A stretch of 64,000 nt of DNA from Podospora anserina (taxonomy: Eukaryota), in assembly GCA_017654855.1 (NCBI GenBank), contig CM030333.1, positions 372,001 through 436,000 of the forward strand, written 5' to 3'. Made by a program: the position numbers and the translations under genes. Every line of letters begins with the position of its first letter. The stretch's first letter is position 1. The notes below the pieces were generated by a model. It was not told the origin of the DNA, ran no database searches, and saw only the letters and a list, made by a program, of their open reading frames with translations. Below, piece after piece: positions 1-9,735 of this stretch.

Positions 1-3000
1 AAGAGTCGGAGCCAGAGTCGGAGGAAGAGCCACAGTCATAGCCAGAGTCGGAGTCAGAGCCAGAGTCAGACTCATACTCCGGAACATGTGCTGGGACTGG
101 GACCGGAACCGGCTCGGGGCCCGAGCAGCAAGGGGCCGGTGGCGGATTGGAAGCATTCCCTTGAGGAGCAGGTTGAGGCTGAATATAGTTGGGCTGCTCA
201 TAAGGAGGAGCCTGGGGTGCTGGAGGTTGGGAATTCTCTGCCTTGGGAGGTTGGGCCGGAGGTTGAGGCTTCCCGCACCCGGGCTGCTCTTCGCACTCGG
301 GTTTGGGAGGCTGAAGTTGCTGAGGTTGCTGAGGTTGCTGAGGTTGGAGCTGCTGAGGTTGGGGGTGCTGTTGAGGCTGTTGAGGCTTCACACACTTGGT
401 GGGCTCGTGGTCGGATTCGCTTCCGGAGTCGCAGTCTGAATCCGAATCTGAATCAGAGTCAGACCCGGAGCTGGAATCGCAGTCACCGTCACTGTCATTG
501 CCCGAGTCGTCCGAGGTGTCCCAGCAGTCATCGTCATCGTCATCGCAGCTAGCGGGCTCCTGGGTATTCACCTCACAGTTGCTGCCCTTGCAGTGCTTAG
601 CAGGAGGGGCAGGAATGAACGGCCCGCAGTCTGTCCCATTACCGCAGTGAACTGGCGGCGGAGGAGGGCAGTTGTCTCCCTGACAAGGCACGTAAGGCGG
701 AGGAGGTGGAAGGCAACCAGCTCCTCTGCAAGGAACATAGGGAGGAGGGCAATTGTCCCCATGGCAAGGCACATACGGCGGCGGTACATGGTTGCAGTGT
801 TCGCCCTCGCAGGGAACAGGAGGCGGGGGCCGGTAACCGCCTGTGGTGTTGAGGTTGACATCCCGCGGGGGGAATGGATGGGCGTGTTCGGGGTAGTTGG
901 GTTGGCAAGATTGGAACGGAGGGCAGCGGTCAGTATCGATTTCACAGAATGGAGTCCTTCGGTCGCAGTATTGAACAGGGCGGCAAGAATAGCCTTCAGG
1001 GCATCGAGCTCTGTGATAATCATCACCAAGATTGCCGCTGTGGCCGTGACCGCGATCAAACCCAGATCCGTCTTGGCCACCATACCCGTTGCTATGTCCG
1101 TTTCTGTCGAAGCCAGGCACAGGAGGCGGTGGAGGGATCGGAACGCCGTATGGTCCGGTGTCAGGGCGGCCGTCATGATCTGGTAGATGATCGGGAGACA
1201 CCCGAGGAGGGTAGAGAGGGTTGGGGTCGCTGCCATGGTTGTTGCCATTGTGGCCATGGCCGAAGTCATCATGTCCAGACTCATCCTCAAAACGGTCATG
1301 ATCATGACCTCCAAAGCCACTGTCACCATAGGAGGGGAAGCCATGACCGCCGTTGCCGTGACCTCCGGGGAATCCTCCACCATGTCCATCGTGTCCGCCA
1401 TGACCGTCTTGTCCACCATGACCGTGCTGACCACCAGGAACAGGGAATCCGGGGAAAGGATTCCCACCATTATGGTCTTTGTTATCGTGCTTGTTGTCGT
1501 GCTTGTTGTCGTGCTTGTTGTCATGCTTGTGGTCATCGTGCTTGTGGTCATGCTTGTGTTCATTGTGCTTGTCATGCTTGTTGTCATGGTGCTTGTTATC
1601 ATGGTGCTTGTTTTCATGGTGCTTGTTGTCATGGTGCTTGTGGTCGTGCTTATTGTCGTGCTTGTGATCATCGTGCTTGTGATCATCGTGCTTGTGATCA
1701 TCGTGCTTGTCGTTATTGCCGCCTGGAAGATGAGGAATACCTGGGAATGGACTCTTTTCATCTTTGTCCTCATCATGATGCTTATCCTTGTGCTTGTCAT
1801 GCTTGTCGTGCTTGTCATGCTTGTCATGCTTGTCATGCTTGTCATGCTTGTCATGCTTGTGGTCCTTGTGCTTGTGGTCCTTGTGCTTGTGGTCCTTGTG
1901 CTTGTGGTGATGTTTATCATCGTGGTTGTTGTCATCATGGTTGTTGTCACCGTGGTTGTCGTCATGCTGGTTGCCGCCAAATTTGTTGTCCTTGTCCAGG
2001 TTGCCGCCAGGGAAGTTGCCTTTTCCTCCCTTCTCATCATCAAAATCACTATAATCGGGGAAGTCGAAGCCTGGACCACCGCCGCCACCGCCGCCGAAAT
2101 AGTCATCATCTGTCCATTCGCTTTCCCAGTCTTCAAGATCGCCCCGAGACTTGCCGGGTCTGAAGCCAGACTCTCCATCATAGCCATTATAATTTCCTTC
2201 ATCAACAGAGTGACCCCACTTCTTGGAGGCATTGCATGGTGTTTTGCTGTTCGGGTGGCAGCCGAGGTCATACTCCGCACCGGCAGGAGAAGGCTCGGGG
2301 AAAGGAACCTCTGTAGCGGTGGACGGGTTGGGCTGAGCACTGGGGGCAGAGGCTTCTGGCTTGGGCGATGGCTGCGGTGTAGGCAAAGGGTCTGACCAGA
2401 CAGAAGGAATGGTAGCAGAGGCCCGGACAGAGGGGTAGTCAGAGGCAAACTCCTGTTGCCCCCCCACCTCTAGCTCATCCTGTAGCTCATGTTGGGCCTC
2501 GGTCTCAGCATCAGTCTCGACATCAGTCGGGACCTCCTCCTCAACTTCGATCTCGAGCTCGCTCTTGACCTCGGTTTTCACCTCAGTCTTGACTTCCACC
2601 TCGACCTTCGGTTCAGGTGAAGGCCGGGGAAAGACAAGCGAGGAGGCCAAAGGAGAAGCGATGGGAGAGATTTGCAAAGAAGACTGGGCGGATGGTTCGG
2701 CCGAGGGGTGAGGACTGGCAACTGTGGCAGCTCCCGATGTTGGCTGCCACGCAGCTACGGTTCTGGTGTGGGCAATGGGTATGACGATGGGCCTGGTTGA
2801 GTAGACTGTGAGACCTGGTCTCACGAGAGTCTTGGTGTGGCAGAAGACACCGCTGCCGCCGGCTTTGCACAGTCTGTCGGCGAGCTCGTCATCTCCTTCC
2901 GCACCCTGATAAAAGGGAAGGGGAGAGGAGATGGGGCCAGCAGAAGCCGGGGGAATGGTATCGGCTGATGCTGCCTCGAGCGGTTCAGGTGATATAGATG

Positions 3001-3064
3001 ACACCGGAAAGGGAGCAGCCTTGATAACCAATGCGGCACCAAGGGCCACTATTGAGGCCTTCAT
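1..3064 (-). CDS. Large secreted low-complexity repeat protein (His/Asp/Lys-rich, Cys/Pro-rich, Ser/Asp-rich); 3' end runs off the window start (>1020 aa)
   Basis: Manual translation from ATG 3064 gives MKASIVALGAALVIKAAPFPVSS..., a signal-peptide-like start. No stop was seen in the stretches translated down to position 2, and the ORF track lists no ORF in this frame, consistent with it running off the window. It encodes HDKHDK repeats, PYVPCxGxxCPPP units, DSDSDS and QPQQP tracts. Confidence 0.85.
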   Translation of the reverse strand, partial: MKASIVALGAALVIKAAPFPVSSISPEPLEAASADTIPPASAGPISSPLPFYQGAEGDDELADRLCKAGGSGVFCHTKTLVRPGLTVYSTRPIVIPIAHTRTVAAWQPTSGAATVASPHPSAEPSAQSSLQISPIASPLASSLVFPRPSPEPKVEVEVKTEVKTEVKSELEIEVEEEVPTDVETDAETEAQHELQDELEVGGQQEFASDYPSVRASATIPSVWSDPLPTPQPSPKPEASAPSAQPNPSTATEVPFPEPSPAGAEYDLGCHPNSKTPCNASKKWGHSVDEGNYNGYDGESGFRPGKSRGDLEDWESEWTDDDYFGGGGGGGPGFDFPDYSDFDDEKGGKGNFPGGNLDKDNKFGGNQHDDNHGDNNHDDNNHDDKHHHKHKDHKHKDHKHKDHKHDKHDKHDKHDKHDKHDKHDKHKDKHHDEDKDEKSPFPGIPHLPGGNNDKHDDHKHDDHKHDDHKHDNKHDHKHHDNKHHENKHHDNKHHDNKHDKHNEHKHDHKHDDHKHDNKHDNKHDNKHDNKDHNGGNPFPGFPVPGGQHGHGGQDGHGGHDGHGGGFPGGHGNGGHGFPSYGDSGFGGHDHDRFEDESGHDDFGHGHNGNNHGSDPNPLYPPRVSPDHLPDHDGRPDTGPYGVPIPPPPPVPGFDRNGHSNGYGGQDGSGFDRGHGHSGNLGDDYHRARCPEGYSCRPVQYCDRRTPFCEIDTDRCPPFQSCQPNYPEHAHPFPPRDVNLNTTGGYRPPPPVPCEGEHCNHVPPPYVPCHGDNCPPPYVPCRGAGCLPPPPPYVPCQGDNCPPPPPVHCGNGTDCGPFIPAPPAKHCKGSNCEVNTQEPASCDDDDDDCWDTSDDSGNDSDGDCDSSSGSDSDSDSDSDCDSGSESDHEPTKCVKPQQPQQHPQPQQLQPQQPQQPQQLQPPKPECEEQPGCGKPQPPAQPPKAENSQPPAPQAPPYEQPNYIQPQPAPQGNASNPPPAPCCSGPEPVPVPVPAHVPEYESDSGSDSDSGYDCGSSSDSGSDS
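1480..1965. repeat. Coding tandem repeats (9/12/15/18-nt units such as gcttgtcat, cgtgcttgtgatcat) encoding HDK/HDDHK/HKD
   Basis: Directly visible, e.g. (gcttgtcat)n around 1792-1860 and (ggtccttgtgcttgt)n around 1861-1905. Confidence 0.9.
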
Positions 3065-3851
3065 GGCTTCCGGAGGCGACGTTCAACACACAGGAGGAGC
3101 AAGAGGGTTGCTGCTACCTCGCTGAAAAAAAACTGAAGAAGGGGTGTCGTGGAAGTGACCGAGTGAGGGGACAGAAGAAGATCTAGAAAGATGCGTTTCG
3201 GGGAAGGACATTTCTAAATTGATTTTATGGCTGATCACAGGATCGGTTCCGTGCCGTCATCAATGTCCGGCTTGCATCTAGGTTTGTTGGGGAAAGCCCC
3301 CATGGGCCATGGCACCATGGACTCCGAATGTGTTGGACTGGAGCGGACCGACGGCGTCCCTAGCACGGCATGGAAGACACGAAAACACAGTATTGACAGC
3401 GGGGACCGGTCTTGGAGCTGTCAAGAGTATGCTTTGTGGCGTAGTTTTGGCGTGTTAGGAAGTCCGTATTGACCAGAGAGGGGCTTCTGAGGGCACACAC
3501 CTCTGCCACATCTCCCATTGCCGAAGCCATCCTGAGTCGGCTGCGAGGGGCAGGTGGAGTTGCTGCCGAGTTCTTCCTCCGGACGGCTCAGCCTGGGGCA
3601 AACCTTCAAGTCGGAATGGGTACGAGTACAGGGGCGAGTGTGGAACCGGGTCTTCTTGGGATCGGGTCAATGATTGTATCTGATTGCCTGTTCAACTGAC
3701 GATGCCGTCTTCCCCATGGAAATGATCGATATCATCGACTGCTGCTTCCCCACCCTATCTTCCCTACCTCCTCGCCGCTACCTGTTGCCTGGTGATACCT
3801 TCACATTCTCTGCCTCTATCGAAACCATGAACCTAACGCCCCAAATGCATC

Positions 3852-4641
3852 CTAATCTTCAGGCACTCCCGAAAACAGTCCAACGCGCATGCGGTGACTC
3901 TGTACGTTTATCATGTGTGAGAAGTGACGTTTCCAGCCAAAGGGGAACAAACAGACTGAGGGGAACAAAACTTACGACGGGCAGTTTTGGAATTACGACT
4001 CCCAGAACAGCGAGAAAGTTGATTGTAAAATAGGCCAAATCGTAGTGCGTATAGTGCGTACTCAGGAGGAAGAGCACAATGGGGACGCTCAGGAGAAACT
4101 TCTTGGCGGGCGTGTACTGGGCTCCATCATCAATTTGCTCCCACATGTTCAGGTTGTCGTACGCTCCGCCGTTGAACTCGAATGGCACGCCGCGGACGTA
4201 GTGGAACATGATGTAGGAGCCAAACATGTACGTGATGTTGGTCAACGTCCATGATGTCTCCTGTGAAACGCCGGGGAGACTGTCGTAGAAGATCTTGAGG
4301 CCAAAGATCAAGACAAAGTGAATTGTCCATGCACCTGGCCGAGAGAGAGAGATATTAGCATGGGTCTTCCTCTACTTTGAGTCCTTCCTTGATCGTCTTC
4401 CCCTCTCAGAGCTTGTTACACTCTCCGCTGCTCCCCCCAGCCTTCCTGAAAGAGTTGATTTCGGCAAACCAGATATCACAAAAGCACAAAGGCAAAAGGC
4501 TGTACCTTTAGCATTGACCCAGTTGGCGTTCAGGTTCGGCAGGGCAGACTGGTCGCTCAGTTGCTCAATCGGCTCTGGTGGCTCATGGTAGACCTGGAGG
4601 ATACTACTAGACCTCCTTCTTCGGCCGGCCTTGTCTGCCAT
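3852..4641 (-). CDS. ORM1: ORMDL/Orm1 family sphingolipid homeostasis (SPT regulator) protein; 3 exons 4641-4506, 4334-3976, 3899-3852
   Basis: Motifs MADKAGRRRRSSSI, NLNANWVNAKGAWTIH, FHYVRGVPFEFNGGAYDNLNMWEQIDDGAQYTPAKKFL and PKLPVSHRMR. GT-AG introns restore the frame. Confidence 0.93.
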
Positions 4642-6117
4642 GTTTCCGTGCGTGGATCCACGACGCGGAGGATTGGCGCCCGCGTCGTAAGAGACGGTGC
4701 GTGGTATGAGGATTGGGGAAGACAGCTTGGCGGTGTTGGCGGTCGGCGAAGGGTGCGACACACAGGATCGAGAAGCCGGACCGGGAGCTTGGAGGAAACG
4801 GGCACGAAGCACGATCGGTCGGCCGGGAGTTAGGTTGGGGAGCAATGCGGTCGGTCGAGCGAGGTCACACGCGGAGGATTGACACAGCCAATGCCAGTGC
4901 CAGATGTATCGCCAGTGGGATGATGTCACAACCAATCGCCGAGCTGGACAACAGACAGCACAGGAAGAAGTTGCGTGGTCTGTCCAGAAGCCGAGTGCAT
5001 GAGTGAGGCTGCGGCGGAGAGCTTGTGGGGGCGTTTGAAGAATCGATGTTCCGTGAAAGCCGAAGAGAGGTGCGTGAGGCAAGGAAGGGGTCTGAAGAGG
5101 AGACAAATAGTGGACGCGGCTCCCCCCTGACAGGACAGACGGGCACTGATCTGGCTGCCCTTTTTCGCGACGTATTCTGCTTTTTATTACAACGTGTATT
5201 CTGTAGTAGGTAGTGTACTGCTCTTCGAGACTCGGAGTGAGAGCACACAGGATTCAGGTACCAGAGGGAGAGGCTGAGCGGGTGTTGATATGGAGATGCA
5301 GCGAGCGGAAGTTGGCTGGGTTCGGCGTCCGATGGCCGGGATAGCCACGACAGCCAGTGACAATGGGGAAAATGCGCAAATGCTGGTGAGAGGTGGTGGT
5401 TCAAGGTGGCAATCTGGCCAGAATCAGACCCCCCCAGGCGATGGCCTGTCAGGTACCTCCACTGCGCAGATTGGCCCGAGATTGCGGAGGAGAAGACGTG
5501 CAGCACTAACATTTAAATGCCGGCCATTGCAAATTACTGCCTGCGGCCGCTGCGACATGTGCTGATGGGCCGACCTCGTATTTATTAGGGACTTCCATGC
5601 CCTGTACCCTGGGGCGTAGTGAGATTTGATAGTGATGCAACCGACTGTCAGGCGGCCCAACATCTGTTGCCGTTAGGCTGCTATCAGAGATGTGTGGCTT
5701 TCTCTCCCGCCTGTTTGCTGCTTGCTCCATTTCCAAAGTCGACCCACAAAACATCAACATCATCTCTTTCATCATCAGGCCTCGTCAACGATATCTACGT
5801 TTTTACTCTTTACTCTTTGGGCTTTGGCCCCGGTCATGGTGAAGACTGACTGTCTCCCCCTAATACTGTGAAGCTATACCATCTTGGGTCTTCCCCCCAA
5901 AGCTACAGACAGCTTACTTATCAAGGTTCGAGAACATCACCAGCTGGCTTGGCAGTGACAGGGATTTGGCCGGCCGCTTTTTTCTCGATTAATTTTTTGA
6001 CATCTCATCGCGGAAGGCAGACCGCAGACGCGTCATCCCCTGCCTGCCGAGACGACATTACCACCATCATTCCCTTTCGTCCTCTCATTCACCACGGCTA
6101 TTTTAAGAACCTTCAAC

Positions 6118-8289
6118 ATGGATACAGCGCAAGATACTGTGGTGGACGACCACCCAGTTGCCAGGAAAAGATCTCTTTCAGAGGTGGAACCTTCCAGTCC
6201 AGCAGGCGAAGAGGATGTGGACTCAACCAGGAAACGCACAAGGACTGTCGAGCCTGATGAGAAGGATGAGGGGGAGATCACAGATTCCAAGTCTGGCTCG
6301 TCGCCGGCACCGGAGAGCTTCACGCCAGTCCAGCCCTTCGCCAAAGCTCATAATGGCTGGAATGCTGGTGTCAATGGCGGGTTGAGGATATCCTTTCCCT
6401 CGCTCAGGAAGCCACCCCAAACAAACGCTGAGGGTGATCAAGTCCCAGAGGCCCCAGAAGCGGAGTCCGGGCAGCCGTCCGAAGAAAAACCCCAGGTCCA
6501 AGGTCAGCCAGATGCTGCCGTCGAGCTTGAGGCAAGGCCGTCTATTGAGGGTCTGATTACACCAGATGGATATCCGAGTCAGCCTAAAAACTCTCGACGA
6601 CGATCCTGGGATGCCAGGTTCAAGCATTGGTGTATTGAACTGATGAGGCTGAACAAGGACCACGAGGGAGTTAAAGACCCAAAGGTTCTGCGAGAGGCCT
6701 GGTCGAACTGGCTGCAAAATCGAAAAAAGCAAGACCCGCTGGCGCAGACGGCGGCACTACGGGCAGCTCAAAGTTTTGAATTCACTCCAGAGGCCCTCAC
6801 AGAGATGGCATCGGCAGCTCTTGCTCCGGAGAACGAACCAGCATCGCCTGCAGAGCAGCAGAGTGACCGCAGCACAGACAAAGCGACCAGCGATACCGGC
6901 AAATCCGAAAACAGCAACAAGCCACTGACAACTTGGGAGGCTGGAGGCATGACCCAACCCATTCGGCCAAACCAGTCCGCACTTCCCCTGGACGCCAAAG
7001 ACGACCAAGCATGGGAACACATCTTCACCATATGGTGCCAGGACTTGGCTGAAATCAACTCCAAGAAGATCAAGACCAAGGAACCGCGAGACTTCAACAG
7101 GATCTTGACGGCTTACAATCAATGGATTGGTACGATTGATGGGCTGCCGAAAATCAGAGCCACGGCAGCCAGGCGTAATGCGAGCAATTACCTGGCGAAG
7201 AACAAGGGCAGGGTTGCCTCTCTGCTTTCTAGTCGGCCGTTAGACGACGAGCAAGAGACAGAAGAAGAGGAGCCCAAGGAGAAGGAGGCCGGGGAGGAAC
7301 CAGTCCCAGAAACAGTGGTTGCGGAGGAAACCTTGCCTCTCGCAGCACCAGTCAACGACGGGAACGAGGAGGTCAAATTCATTCCGCTCACAGAGGGGGA
7401 AATGGCGTACCGGGACCGGTACTTTCCCGGCCTTGCTCCGGACGCTGTCTTTTGCGTCATGTGCGCTTCTTCGGAGCACAACTCGGCCGAGTGCCCCGAG
7501 ATGGCCTGCAAGTTCTGCCACAAAGACCACCCTTGCTGGACTTGCCCTGCTCGACAACGCTGCTCCAAGTGCAAGCAACTTGGGCATTCTGTGGCTGAGT
7601 GCAAAGAGCGACTGATACTAGCCCAGGACGAAATGGACTGCGCCCTCTGCGGCTCGCGCGACCACATTGAGTATAGCTGCGTCAACTTGACGAGAAGCTT
7701 CCGACCCAACCCCTCCAACACCCCCAAAGTCCAGTCCTTACCCGTCTTTTGTTACCGATGTGGTGCTGAGGGGCACTATGGTGGCGACTGCGGGCTCAGC
7801 GCGCTGGAGAAAAAGGGCAGCAGCTTCAACCCATTCACCAAGGCGAACGCAAGCCAGTACGTGGATCCAAACTCTTCAGAGACGGCCCTTGCCTACCGCG
7901 GCGGTCACCGGTCTGCAGGAGATTACAGATCAGGTGGCAGACCGGATCTTGGTAAAAGCATTGTCCCTCGCCAGCACATTCAGTTCGAGTCAGACGACGA
8001 CGATGATGATGAGTTCATACAACCCATTGTTCAAAAGCCGGCGTGGTCTGGGCACATTACCTTCTCTGGATACAGTGGGAATGGCAGTCAAAACCAGGAG
8101 AAACCCAGCGTGAGATACCCATCCAGCCTCCCTCCAAAGCCTCCGGCGGTGTCGGTGCAACCACTACCGCGTGGGCCCCCTCCTCCGCTACCTCCAGGGC
8201 ACAATTCTTTTGGGAGAAAACACGGCGGTGGAGGAAGTAGGGGCGGGGGCAGAAGTGGAGGTGGGGGTAGGGGCCGAGGTCGCTATTAA
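6118..8289 (+). CDS. CCHC zinc-knuckle protein, Air1/Air2-like (TRAMP-associated), with C-terminal RGG tail
   Basis: 723-aa ORF with five knuckle-like motifs: CVMCASSEHNSAEC, CKFCHKDHPCWTC, CSKCKQLGHSVAEC, CALCGSRDHIEYSC, CYRCGAEGHYGGDC. Ends GGRSGGGGRGRGRY. Confidence 0.8.
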   Translation: MDTAQDTVVDDHPVARKRSLSEVEPSSPAGEEDVDSTRKRTRTVEPDEKDEGEITDSKSGSSPAPESFTPVQPFAKAHNGWNAGVNGGLRISFPSLRKPPQTNAEGDQVPEAPEAESGQPSEEKPQVQGQPDAAVELEARPSIEGLITPDGYPSQPKNSRRRSWDARFKHWCIELMRLNKDHEGVKDPKVLREAWSNWLQNRKKQDPLAQTAALRAAQSFEFTPEALTEMASAALAPENEPASPAEQQSDRSTDKATSDTGKSENSNKPLTTWEAGGMTQPIRPNQSALPLDAKDDQAWEHIFTIWCQDLAEINSKKIKTKEPRDFNRILTAYNQWIGTIDGLPKIRATAARRNASNYLAKNKGRVASLLSSRPLDDEQETEEEEPKEKEAGEEPVPETVVAEETLPLAAPVNDGNEEVKFIPLTEGEMAYRDRYFPGLAPDAVFCVMCASSEHNSAECPEMACKFCHKDHPCWTCPARQRCSKCKQLGHSVAECKERLILAQDEMDCALCGSRDHIEYSCVNLTRSFRPNPSNTPKVQSLPVFCYRCGAEGHYGGDCGLSALEKKGSSFNPFTKANASQYVDPNSSETALAYRGGHRSAGDYRSGGRPDLGKSIVPRQHIQFESDDDDDDEFIQPIVQKPAWSGHITFSGYSGNGSQNQEKPSVRYPSSLPPKPPAVSVQPLPRGPPPPLPPGHNSFGRKHGGGGSRGGGRSGGGGRGRGRY

Positions 8290-8630
8290 CAGCGAGAAAT
8301 AGAAGTGATAGATGAGATAAAGCCTCTACCAGTTGCGAAGTCCTGCAGGAAGAGAAAGAATACCACGACATGATGCTACCAATGATCCACATGCCATGAC
8401 CAGTCCACTCAACTGCTCCTCTCTATGTGGTGGCAGTTTGAAGCACACCGCTTGCGAATCACAGACGATGTAGCAGGGGGGGGAGAAGTTTCGAAACATT
8501 TCTGATAGGCCGGCAGTTGGGCACCGGGAGGAAGTGGGGGGCGCGTCCTGGTCGCGACTCAAAAGACTTTCTCGGCAATTTGAAAGTGAGGCCTCGGAAG
8601 GCGGTGGTTTTTGATATGTCCACGACTGTG

Positions 8631-8672
8631 AGCATGAGCATGAGCATGAGCATGAGCATGAGCATGAGCATG
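8631..8672. repeat. (AGCATG)7 hexanucleotide microsatellite
   Basis: Seven perfect tandem copies, intergenic. Confidence 0.95.
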
Positions 8673-8829
8673 GGATGGGTGCTCCTTTTGAGTGAAATAT
8701 TCGATATCGGCATGTAAGGAAACCCAACGTGGGCCATGGAGGCCTAAGGCAAAGGCGACATTGTTCTGGAAGACGGGCGGGGCGCTTAATGGCTTTATGT
8801 GATCGGCCGCGGAACCAGCATCGCGCCAG

Positions 8830-8858
8830 TTTCGTGCACCAATCGCGCGTGTTTCGCG
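8830..8858. promoter_or_regulatory. Putative SCB/MCB-like (CRCGAAA) plus CCAAT cluster upstream of the 9736 gene
   Basis: TTTCGTG 8830-8836 and TTTCGCG 8852-8858 read as CACGAAA and CGCGAAA on the minus strand. CCAAT at 8839-8843 and CGCGCGT lie between them. Confidence 0.3.
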
Positions 8859-9735
8859 CGACGTGGCCTGCCAAGAGCTATCTCAACGTTCTCGACGCCA
8901 TCGATTGGACAGAAAGTCACCGTCGACGAGGACCCTGTCTTGTCCTCCCGCCCTGTCTTTTATCGATAGCGACTTCCCCCCCTGGCCTTCCCCGCAACTT
9001 CAAGTGCCGTTTCAACATCTCCCAGTGGTCGAGAAGAGGCGGCCTTGAGACAGCCTGCAGACGGCCGCAGTTGTCGCATGCAGGTCTCGTAGCCTCCAGG
9101 CCACTCAGGAGACCCGGCGCGGTCCGCACACGTCGGTCGCGGTCGCAGCACTGTTCTCATGTCCCTGGCCCTACCTTAAATCCACGCTTGTCCAGCTGCA
9201 TGTCCAGTCCAGAGCTGCAGAGGGACATGGGACAATGAGTCACTCACCACCACTCGTTCTCCCAGGTCGGCCATCTGGGGCGACGACGAACCATGACCCC
9301 TAGCGAAATCGCGCACGAGAGAGGAACCGCGAAGGGGGAAAATTGGGAGGTTGTTGAGTCGGTAGGGGAGGAGGAGGAGGAGAAGGGGAAGGGGGGGCTT
9401 GTATAACTTGGTCCACGGGCTTTCTCTCGCGCGTCCGGTGATCAAGAATTTTTCTGTTCCCATTTCCCCATCACACCTCTTCTTTTTAGATCAAGCAGAT
9501 ATCTATTTCCCGGTTCTCAGCGAGAAATACAACCCGTTCTCTTTCTCTCTCGTCTCTGACAGAAATCTCAGGTTCTCAGGTTCTCACCTCCACAGCGTTT
9601 GCTATACACCTATCTCACTTACACATCTCACCTACACACCTCACTTGAAACCACCACGTTTTGCTTGGCGCAGGGCTCCTGGCAGTTCCCAAACATTCCA
9701 GTGTTGGTTGTGTTTCTTGACGACATGCTAGAGCT

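Noticed and set aside
568-2448. Long overlapping ORFs 568..2448(-), 874..2163(+) and 1187..2395(+) with Thr/Met-, Cys/His- or Val/Leu-rich translations
   Set aside because: These are shadow frames of the stop-poor HDK repeat. The frame from ATG 3064 has a signal peptide and coherent composition.
4642-5106. Apparent 155-codon in-frame N-terminal extension of ORM1 from a GTG start
   Set aside because: It has no protein-like features, and family similarity starts at ATG 4641. Probably an open 5'UTR or promoter by chance.
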